Below, in pieces: positions 26,684 to 34,104 of a stretch of DNA of 34,104 nt. The notes beneath the pieces were generated by a model. The model was not told the DNA's origin. It saw only the letters and a list, made by a program, of their open reading frames with translations, and did no database searches. Source of the DNA: Promethearchaeota archaeon (lineage in GTDB: Archaea; Asgardarchaeota; Lokiarchaeia; Sigyniarchaeales; SOKP01); NCBI GenBank assembly GCA_018238625.1, contig JABCSY010000043.1, positions 1-34,104 of the forward strand. The letters are read 5' to 3'. The translations under genes were made by a program, and so were the position numbers. Position 1 is the stretch's first letter; each line of letters starts with the position of its first letter.

Positions 26684-27979
26684 TTATAATGATTTTTTAC
26701 TGCTTTCAAAATGTTTTTTTATCTCAGATTGACAATAGAATAATATCTCTTTGATAGATAAATTGCTTTCTTTACTTATTCTCTTAAGATCTTCAAATTC
26801 CGGTTTTACATTAATTACATTAATTTCGTCATTCATTTTAATGTAAGATATTTTAAAATTTAGCTCGTAAGTTTTACTATTTATGTCAATTTTACTCTTT
26901 TTAAATTTTCGATCAACACATACTCGCTTAATTGTATAAAACCTTATCCCTAACGTGCTTAACTCGTTAATTATTTTTTCCATTATCTTAAAACTTTTTT
27001 GAGGATGACATAGTATTTTAATAACGTGACTAGGTCTATTTTTTTTAGTTATACTTGGTAAAACTTGAATATCAAGTATTCTTTCGTTTTCCATAGTATT
27101 GATGAAGTTTCCTAACATCTCCCCCGATACGTCATCAACATCCGTTTCTAAAACAGTTACATCTTCAACATATTTTTGTAATGGGTGCATATTTTGGGTG
27201 CTAATTGGCTCTTCGCTCTCGCCATATATTAACCGAAGAATATTTGAGAAGTTTTTAAACTTTTTTTGTCCAGTACTATATGTAACTCTTAATATTTTCA
27301 TCTGGTTCGTAAAGCGAACAAATATTGGATTTAGATTGACCAAAAGCGCAGCACCAGTCGGGGTTACGAGCTCACTTTCGATAGGGCCCCCTAACACTAC
27401 TATTCCGGACAGTTCTAAAATCTTAGCTGTTGCTGGAGCTGGTACAGGCAAAATTCCGTGCGCAGTTTTTACGCTACCGCCTCCAAGCGGAACCTTACTG
27501 TAATAATATTCAAAATTTTCGTTAAAACCCCCTAATTTATCTAATGCTTTAGTTACTCCTAAAATATCAATTAAAGTGTCTACAGAGCTTAATTCGTGTA
27601 GATGAATATTTTCAACTAGGTCTCCGTGAACTTCTGCTTCTGCTTTGAATAATGTGTTTAATACTTTTTTAGCGTATATTTTTGCTGGTTCAGAGAAGTT
27701 TTTTTCAAGCAGAAATCGTTCCAGTGCATTTAAAAGTGCATTAGATGTTCTATGGTTTTTAGATTCTTTGATAGCTAATTTAAGTTGATTAACATCGACT
27801 CCCATTCTTTTGACTTTTGTTAATTCAAGTTCGATATGGGAAACTCCTTTTAAAAAGTGCTTTAATTCTTTTAAATCAGCTATAATTTCGTTGGAATTGG
27901 ATACTAAGCTTAAAAGGGATGCCAAGAACATATCTCCCGAGATTCCCGAATTAGCTGTATCAATATATAAAGATTTCAT
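26684..27979 (-). CDS. larC: Nickel-pincer cofactor biosynthesis nickel insertase LarC
   Basis: GISGDM.L, AEAEVHG...HLHE, HG.LPVPAPAT, ELVTPTGAA, ETDVDD.SGE, KKNRP and KPEFED motifs. Confidence 0.93.
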   Translation of the reverse strand: MKSLYIDTANSGISGDMFLASLLSLVSNSNEIIADLKELKHFLKGVSHIELELTKVKRMGVDVNQLKLAIKESKNHRTSNALLNALERFLLEKNFSEPAKIYAKKVLNTLFKAEAEVHGDLVENIHLHELSSVDTLIDILGVTKALDKLGGFNENFEYYYSKVPLGGGSVKTAHGILPVPAPATAKILELSGIVVLGGPIESELVTPTGAALLVNLNPIFVRFTNQMKILRVTYSTGQKKFKNFSNILRLIYGESEEPISTQNMHPLQKYVEDVTVLETDVDDVSGEMLGNFINTMENERILDIQVLPSITKKNRPSHVIKILCHPQKSFKIMEKIINELSTLGIRFYTIKRVCVDRKFKKSKIDINSKTYELNFKISYIKMNDEINVINVKPEFEDLKRISKESNLSIKEILFYCQSEIKKHFESSKKSL

Positions 27980-28139
27980 TTCATGTTTTCTCTTAATTTT
28001 AAAAGTAGGTAAATTAAACCTAATACTTATAAAATATTTACTATACTAAAAATAATAAACTGTCATTATTTTATAATAAATTGTAATTAATTTCAATTTA
28101 AAAATTTTAAATTTAAGAATAGATTTTTATTATTTAATT

Positions 28140-28874
28140 ATGAGTGAACTTCAAACTATAAAGTGTTACTTAAATCAGTTACCCGCAACACTTCTAAAAT
28201 TATTAGGAATTGCTCCTCCGCTCGGTACTATTCCAGAACCAGTCCAATCTGTTATCGATCTCTACCAAGGCGTTGAAAGGATCAGTGTTAACATCATTGA
28301 TAATTTTGGCTTATTCGAGCTCACGTATCATAAACCACAATTTATGATTACTAATTCTCAAGCGATGTTACTTCTATCTACTAAAAATCCTTACACTTTA
28401 GGTGTTTTTCATCAAATTATGTACGGTGGTTTTGCTCCTGAGCCTAACGGTTTTCATTTGTTAAGATATCTAAATGAGCACGGAAAAAAGACTTGTTTTG
28501 TCGGAAGAAAAAAAGATATAGAAAGATACGATGGTGGGACTCACTCAGTCCCAAAGGATACTGACATGAGCACATGGGTGGAATCTGCAAAAGTAATTAA
28601 CAATTTTGAGCTTTCTTGGATGCATTATTTAGATTTTGAAAATCTTCATAAACAACAGCAAGCGCTTAAACAAAGAACTCCTGAGGATTTAATCGATAAA
28701 CTGATTTTACGTACTGATAAGTGGATTTTAGGCAACTACAAACAGCTTAGAAACAATTCCTTGATGGTAATACTGGGAGATCATGGTAGAGTTAAATTAA
28801 ATTTAGAATATTCGGGTAAAATTGCCCAATGGCGAGAAGCAAGCGTTCCAATAGCCATTTTAATAAAAAAATAA
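28140..28874 (+). CDS. Compact alkaline-phosphatase-superfamily protein
   Basis: LPATLLKLLG, IIDNFG, YLDFENLH, TDKWI, VILGDHG and VP motifs. Confidence 0.6.
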   Translation: MSELQTIKCYLNQLPATLLKLLGIAPPLGTIPEPVQSVIDLYQGVERISVNIIDNFGLFELTYHKPQFMITNSQAMLLLSTKNPYTLGVFHQIMYGGFAPEPNGFHLLRYLNEHGKKTCFVGRKKDIERYDGGTHSVPKDTDMSTWVESAKVINNFELSWMHYLDFENLHKQQQALKQRTPEDLIDKLILRTDKWILGNYKQLRNNSLMVILGDHGRVKLNLEYSGKIAQWREASVPIAILIKK

Positions 28875-28905
28875 TTTGCTATTATAAAAAAAAAAGATGT
28901 TTTAG

Positions 28906-29433
28906 ATGGAGGAATATAAACGCTTTACAGTGTCTCTTCCAAAAGATTTATACGATAAATTCGAGGCATTTAGAAACAAAATAGGTATCTCAAGATCAGA
29001 TAGTATAAGAAAGGCTATGCATTCTTTAATGGCTAGTGAAGAAAGTATTCCCGATACTTCTGTGAATGTTGTAGGATGCATTCCTATTATTATGTTGCAC
29101 GAGCATTTTATAGGAAAATCCGAAAAAGAAGACTCTCACGAGCATTCTCACGGAATCGACCACGATCACGACTATCATGACCACAAATATGATTCTAGAC
29201 CCGTTTATGCTTCAGTTCAGCAAACAGATGAAATTTTAAAAACTGACATTCAGCATCATTTTGGGGAAATAATCCTCTCAACAACGCATTATCATTTAGA
29301 GTTTGAAAAATGTTTGGAAATTATTGCTGTTTCAGGACCATATGATCGAGTCAAATTGCTTAAAGAGAGGTTACAAACGCTGAAAAGCGTAATTTCGATC
29401 GGTTTTTTCATTATGGAAAAGGAATTTAAATAA
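28906..29433 (+). CDS. nikR: NikR-family nickel-responsive regulator with His-rich insertion
   Basis: RHH domain RFTVSLP...SRSD.IRKA; metal-site pattern QHH...THYH...CLEII. Confidence 0.85.
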   Translation: MEEYKRFTVSLPKDLYDKFEAFRNKIGISRSDSIRKAMHSLMASEESIPDTSVNVVGCIPIIMLHEHFIGKSEKEDSHEHSHGIDHDHDYHDHKYDSRPVYASVQQTDEILKTDIQHHFGEIILSTTHYHLEFEKCLEIIAVSGPYDRVKLLKERLQTLKSVISIGFFIMEKEFK

Positions 29434-29483
29434 ATATTAGACACATAATTTTAATTATTATAAAATTTTAAAAGGAAGAGTTA

Positions 29484-29552
29484 GGAATAAAAAATTTCCT
29501 TCAAACATGAAAAGAAAAAGGATAAGGCGATTATTGAAGTATTTTTTATTCC
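29484..29552. repeat. 69-bp element with 12-bp perfect terminal inverted repeats (hairpin or MITE-like)
   Basis: GGAATAAAAAAT...ATTTTTTATTCC with inner CTTCAA/TTGAAG; TTA on both flanks. Confidence 0.4.
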
Positions 29553-29741
29553 CTTAGGTCGTTTTAATTGTGTGTGTTAGTAATAATATACTTTTTTCTA
29601 ATTAAAAAGTAAAATACAGTGAAAAATTATTAATTTTTAAATCGATATTTGAAATCTATTGTCTATTGAAGAGTGGTTAATTTCAAATAATAATATAATT
29701 AAAAAAAAAATTAAAGAATTAAATTTTTGCTGTACAATCAT

Positions 29742-29936
29742 TTATAGATCTTTTTCTTGAACAGTTTTTCGTCCATTTGCTTTAGCGCGGCCGATCGCTG
29801 CATCGAGAATGGTTATAATTGCTTCATTAAGAGCAGGACCGTCAATAACATCCCCACTAGTGTTGCAATCTTTTGACTTAATGTATTCTCGAACTTTACT
29901 TTTTACAAATAGGACATCAACTGGTTTTTTAGCCAT
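29742..29936 (-). CDS. Short-alpha3 histone-fold protein (face-to-face/HTkC-like histone)
   Basis: LFVKSKVREYIK...NTS...AIGRAKANGRKTVQEKDL; SD AGGAGG and TATA CTTTATATA upstream. Confidence 0.8.
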   Translation of the reverse strand: MAKKPVDVLFVKSKVREYIKSKDCNTSGDVIDGPALNEAIITILDAAIGRAKANGRKTVQEKDL

Positions 29937-30159
29937 TTTTTATTCCTCCTTATATTATTTAAATACGTTTTAAAATTAATTAGTGTTTAAAGTATATTTC
30001 TCCTTGCTCATATATAAAGTTAGTTACAAAATCATCATAGAAGGTTAATATTCTTTGTTTACTAACGATCTATAAAATAGATGTTAGTCTTAAAAATAAC
30101 GAGATACGGTCAATAATCATAATGATCTGGAATAATAGAGCCTAATTAATGAATTTACT

Positions 30160-31677
30160 TTATTCTATTTTTACGCCAGCCACATCTATAGAACCTTTTG
30201 AGTTATCAATACCTTCTAGCTTCATGTAATCTTCTAGTGATCTTGAAGATACAATATGAGTGTACTTAGCAATTTGTTTTTCGATGTTAGATGATAAATC
30301 TGGTCCTTTTTGCGTTTCTAGTATACCCTTTACTCTTTCCTTAGCAACTGCTATAATGTCTTTCGCGCCATTTTTCCTCCAGATCCCTCTTTTCTCTCTG
30401 TTAATTAGCTTTGGTACAAATATTTCCTTTCTCGTGTTTTTAGCGGTGTGTTTTAACATTAAGTAGTTTTTTTTTTCAGTTGCTACTTTTCTTATTTGAT
30501 CTAAGGCGAGAGTTTCTTTAGTGATGGATATACCTTTTAATCCCCGTTTAATAATACCCGCCATTTCGTCGTCGATCACAAGTAATTCAAAAGATTCTGA
30601 TAATAAAGTTTCGTATGTACCTGCGCATGTAATGAAGTTGTGTCCTGCTGATGCCGCACAATATAATGTCATGAATCTTTCAAATCCGTTTTGAACATCG
30701 AAACATTTTGAATCAGTTAGAGCCCCTGATCCTTTCGAGGGAATATTATAGTAGTGAGCTAATTGAGCCGAAGCGATAGTAATAAGTGAAAATTCGATAG
30801 AACCATATGCAGGATTTCCACTAATCGGGTCCATTATCGTATTAGTAGATCCATATAAAACAGGAGTTCCAGGGTTAATTAACTGAGTTAATACTATGGA
30901 TGATAGCACTTCCATGTTTGCTTGAACAAGCGTACCAGCAAGAGTAACTGGGGAAGTCGAACCTGCGCTTGCTGCTGAACTTATGAGTAGTGGCTGGTTA
31001 TATTTCGCGAAAATAAAAAGACCATTAAGAAGAATTTTCGTTTGTAAAAGAGGAGATGTTGGGTTATATACGCCTAACAAGCGGGGCTTTTTAATTAACT
31101 CTTCTTCTCCATCTACAATAATAGAAGCAAGATTTATCATATCCTGAGAAGCAGTTTTTCCATAACAAGCCATTCCATAAGGTTTATAGCTATGACGCCC
31201 CCACTCACGTAATGTATGACAATGCAATTCCGTGAAAGGAACATCATGGGGCCATACATCAACCTGAGAGCAAACTATATGTTCTAACTCGTTCACAATT
31301 CGGATGTGATTTATAGCATCTTCAAGTGTAGTTTTTCTAACTCCTTTTTTTTTTGTAGAATCATTAATATTTACTGCGGCTCCCATAGTAGAAAAATTCA
31401 AATTAGAAGTATTAACTGTCACTTGATAAGAACCGTCCGGACCATAGAGAGAGAAGGAATCTGGAACTTTCTTTAATTGCTCAGTAACTAAACTTTCTGG
31501 GAACCTAACAAAAGTGCTCTTTTCTTTAACATCGACAGTAGCCCCGTGTTCTTTAAGGAGTTTTACAGCTTCATCAGACTCAACTTTAACACCTAATGAT
31601 CCAAGCAATTCTATTGAAGAATCGTGGATACTTTTAATTTCATCTTTATTTAAAACTTTCAATTGATTTATTCGCAT
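30160..31677 (-). CDS. MttB-superfamily (trimethylamine/quaternary amine) corrinoid methyltransferase, non-pyrrolysine
   Basis: IHDSSIELL..LGV, NPTSPL, SPVTLAG.L.Q...E, PG.PVLYG and GALTDSK.FD.Q.G.E motifs; no in-frame amber. Confidence 0.9.
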   Translation of the reverse strand: MRINQLKVLNKDEIKSIHDSSIELLGSLGVKVESDEAVKLLKEHGATVDVKEKSTFVRFPESLVTEQLKKVPDSFSLYGPDGSYQVTVNTSNLNFSTMGAAVNINDSTKKKGVRKTTLEDAINHIRIVNELEHIVCSQVDVWPHDVPFTELHCHTLREWGRHSYKPYGMACYGKTASQDMINLASIIVDGEEELIKKPRLLGVYNPTSPLLQTKILLNGLFIFAKYNQPLLISSAASAGSTSPVTLAGTLVQANMEVLSSIVLTQLINPGTPVLYGSTNTIMDPISGNPAYGSIEFSLITIASAQLAHYYNIPSKGSGALTDSKCFDVQNGFERFMTLYCAASAGHNFITCAGTYETLLSESFELLVIDDEMAGIIKRGLKGISITKETLALDQIRKVATEKKNYLMLKHTAKNTRKEIFVPKLINREKRGIWRKNGAKDIIAVAKERVKGILETQKGPDLSSNIEKQIAKYTHIVSSRSLEDYMKLEGIDNSKGSIDVAGVKIE

Positions 31678-31797
31678 TGTAGATCAATAAATTTAACTCT
31701 TACAAATTGATTTTTATAATTCATATAAGATATACAAAAATTTTAACAATTGGGAATATACAAATGATTATTGAAGAGATAATTAAAAATTTGAGAT

Positions 31798-32799
31798 ATG
31801 AGCGTAAAAAAGGTAATTTTATCAAGAGCACCGAATCGAATTCTCGACATAGGTGGTTGGACAGACACTTGGTTTTATCCTAAAGGTGCTGTTTTTAGCT
31901 TTTGTGTTGATCTTTATAGCAAAGTAAAACTAATGGAAAATGGTTTGAATAAAATAAGAATTTTCGCCGAAAATCTCGAACAAAGCACTGAAATTATAAA
32001 TTTTAAAGCAGTTGAATACGATGGAAACTTGGATTTATTAAAAGCTGCAGTTAAAAGGATGAATATTGAAAAAGGATTAGATATTAATGTGAGCGCAGAC
32101 GCGCCTCCCGGATGTGGAACTGGCACTAGTGCGAGTATTGCTGTTACTTTAATTTCTGCGTTATCTAAATATAATCAAGTAGACTTAACTAATTACGAAA
32201 TTGCGCAGTTAGCCCATAAACTTGAAACTGAAGAGTTAAACTTGGAGAGTGGAGTGCAAGATCAAGTTGCTGCGTCTTATGGGGGAATAAATTTTATGGA
32301 AATAGATTATCCTGACGCTAAGATATCAAGCGTCAAAATTAGCGATAAAAGAATTAGAGAATTAGAAAACCAATTTTTATTGCTATTTTTTGGCTCGAGA
32401 AGCTCGAGTGAAATGCATAGATCTGTTATAAAAAATTACAAAAAAAAAGATCCAAATACTATTAAATCGTTTGAGATTATGAAAAATTGTGCGTGGGAAA
32501 TGAAAAGGGCAATTAAATCTGATTTAGCAAGTATAGGAGAAATTATGAGCAAAAATTGGGACGCGCAAAAAAAACTCCATCCATTAATGGTCAACAAAAG
32601 CATTATGAACGCAGAAAAAATATCAAAAGATAATGGTGCTCTTGGCTTTAAATGCAATGGGGCTGGAGGTGGCGGTTCAGCAACTATACTAGCAAAAATT
32701 GGTCATGAAAACCAAATTAAAGAGAAGTTGATTGAGAAAGGATATACGATACTTCCATGTAAATTATGTTTTAAGGGAGTTCATAGCACTTTAACTTAG
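31798..32799 (+). CDS. GHMP kinase (HddA/glucuronokinase-like sugar kinase)
   Basis: APNRI.D.GGWTD, PPGCGTGTSAS, GVQDQ...SYGG and GAGGGG motifs. Confidence 0.85.
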   Translation: MSVKKVILSRAPNRILDIGGWTDTWFYPKGAVFSFCVDLYSKVKLMENGLNKIRIFAENLEQSTEIINFKAVEYDGNLDLLKAAVKRMNIEKGLDINVSADAPPGCGTGTSASIAVTLISALSKYNQVDLTNYEIAQLAHKLETEELNLESGVQDQVAASYGGINFMEIDYPDAKISSVKISDKRIRELENQFLLLFFGSRSSSEMHRSVIKNYKKKDPNTIKSFEIMKNCAWEMKRAIKSDLASIGEIMSKNWDAQKKLHPLMVNKSIMNAEKISKDNGALGFKCNGAGGGGSATILAKIGHENQIKEKLIEKGYTILPCKLCFKGVHSTLT

Positions 32800-32846
32800 T
32801 TATCGAAAAGTTTGTGCTTTTTATAGTTTGATTTTAACAATTTAAT

Positions 32847-33653
32847 ATGGGTATTCCCGACAATTCCGTATTAGTTTCAAAGATTAGAAGAACATGCGAT
32901 AAATTGAATATACATAATTTATTCATCTTCAATAAATCTGGTATCTGTATCTATGGCTTAAATCTTACAAATTTGTACCCCTTAGAGCAAGAACAATTAA
33001 TCTCCTCATACTTTACAGCGCTAATGTCTTTTACTAAAGAACTTATCGGAGATAAGATTAAAACGGTTGAAATGGGTGGAGGTATAAAATTAGTAGTTTT
33101 TGAAAAAAAGAATTTATACTATAACCTATTGTGTAATACGATCGAAAATTTGCAGCTTTTAGAAGAAATAATCTCAAAAATACACATTAAATTTTCAGAA
33201 TACGTGATTAAAAACGATATAAAAACCGATTTAGAATATGTTCATGACGAGCAATTAAATTATCTCCTCGAAGACATTATTAGGGAACCCTTTAGTAGCG
33301 AATTTGATTTAATCAAAGAAGAGGGAATTATTAGCTTGCTCAAAGAACTCCACTTAAACGATGACATTAAGGGGGCTATTCTTTTAACTAATATAGGTAA
33401 AGTAGTTTTTTCTTCTTTAAATGAGACGATAATAAAAGATTTTTTAAAGGAAATCGATTTTCGAGTAAAAATTTGTAATAATACTATTCTAAAATTATTT
33501 TACACCTCTAAAAACAACGAACTAATTTTTTCTGAAAATATAGATGATCTTTACATACTAATTCTTATCTTCGATGCCAAAATTAGATTTGGAATGGCAG
33601 AATTTTATTTACAGAAAGTTGTGAAGAATATAATGAATTTACTTAGTGATTAG
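32847..33653 (+). CDS. Longin-like + roadblock-like two-domain protein
   Basis: Longin-like HNLFIFNKSGICIY...LISSYFTALMSFTKE; roadblock-like IKGAILLTNIGKVVFSSL...ILILIF...FGM. Confidence 0.65.
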   Translation: MGIPDNSVLVSKIRRTCDKLNIHNLFIFNKSGICIYGLNLTNLYPLEQEQLISSYFTALMSFTKELIGDKIKTVEMGGGIKLVVFEKKNLYYNLLCNTIENLQLLEEIISKIHIKFSEYVIKNDIKTDLEYVHDEQLNYLLEDIIREPFSSEFDLIKEEGIISLLKELHLNDDIKGAILLTNIGKVVFSSLNETIIKDFLKEIDFRVKICNNTILKLFYTSKNNELIFSENIDDLYILILIFDAKIRFGMAEFYLQKVVKNIMNLLSD

Positions 33654-33808
33654 TAGTAGAAAATCATGTTTCTAATCTGTCTCTTTTTAGTATTTTCATG
33701 ATTTCTTGCTAAATTTCGCGATCCAAAAAAGATTATTAATTATAAAATGCAACTTAAAATATTTTAAAATATAATTCATAATAAAAATTTAATGAGTGAA
33801 CTTAAAAT

Positions 33809-34104
33809 ATGACGAAGTCAGAAGAAGATTTAAAAGCCGCTTTTGCGGGCGAATCTCAAGCCAATAGAAAGTATCTAGCTTTTGCAAAAAAAGCCGAACA
33901 AGACGGATTTCCAGGAGTAGCGCGCTTATTTAGAGCTGCTGCGGACGCAGAAACGGTACACGCGCATAACCACTTGCGAGCTATGGGTGGCATCAAGTCT
34001 ACTGTCGAAAACTTAAAAGAAGCAATTGAGGGTGAATTTTACGAATTTACAAAAATGTACCCTGATTTCATTAACGACGCCAAAACCGAGGAAAATAAAA
34101 GCGC
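33809..34104 (+). CDS. rbr: Rubrerythrin (3' truncated by window edge)
   Basis: MTKSEEDLKAAFAGESQANRKYLAFAKKA...AETVHA...AIEGEFYEFTKMYP. Confidence 0.9.
   Translation, partial: MTKSEEDLKAAFAGESQANRKYLAFAKKAEQDGFPGVARLFRAAADAETVHAHNHLRAMGGIKSTVENLKEAIEGEFYEFTKMYPDFINDAKTEENKS

Noticed and set aside
28049-28072. NikR operator in the larC/AlkP divergent promoter (AAAATAAT-N8-ATTATTTT)
   Set aside because: A/T-only palindrome expected by chance in this background; spacing unlike known NikR operators
29484-29552. Eukaryote-like SECIS element (ATGA...GA inside a stem)
   Set aside because: No pairable helix II between ATGA and GA, and no selenoprotein candidate with in-frame TGA nearby
30160-31677. 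Pyrrolysine recoding in MttB
   Set aside because: ORF is full length with no in-frame TAG
1030-32657. Short ORF-track entries antisense to or nested in longer genes (e.g. 1030, 1321, 2215, 7414, 7972, 11359, 11862, 12726, 13280, 13931, 14265, 14384, 16332, 17497, 23076, 23723, 23966, 27099, 27810, 30260, 31914, 32436)
   Set aside because: Shadow frames of well-supported genes or AT-rich intergenic DNA; no motifs
1-34104. CRISPR array, rRNA, transposase/integrase or provirus
   Set aside because: No regularly spaced repeats, no GC-rich rRNA-like tract, no recombinase or viral hallmark ORFs, and no duplicated tRNA 3' ends noticed

Overview
AT-rich archaeal chromosomal window, most likely an Asgard archaeon (Lokiarchaeia-like). 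This is inferred from the ESCRT cluster (Vps22/36-like, Vps25-like, Vps4, Vps2/24/46-like ESCRT-III) plus longin, roadblock and HEAT/LRR proteins. Housekeeping and metabolic genes: SIS/GlmS-like (partial), MFS, NDP-sugar synthase, CYTH, Nop2, Nip7, PfkB, Pgk, LarB, LarC, NikR, a non-pyrrolysine MttB, GHMP kinase and rubrerythrin (partial). Also present: an MNT-HEPN toxin-antitoxin pair, a face-to-face-type histone and two tRNAs, one being tRNA-Gly(GCC) with two introns. The most unusual signals are: (i) a block between the two tRNAs with two Zn-ribbon + DENN/folliculin-like paralogues flanking an orphan DppB-DppC fusion permease that has lost both EAA coupling loops; (ii) a wHTH regulator + 7TM-longin receptor-like pair; (iii) an unannotated ~80-nt four-way-junction RNA candidate with its own TATA box and T-tract at 8957-9035; (iv) the doubly interrupted tRNA-Gly. 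All protein calls are motif recognition by eye; no database searches were run.
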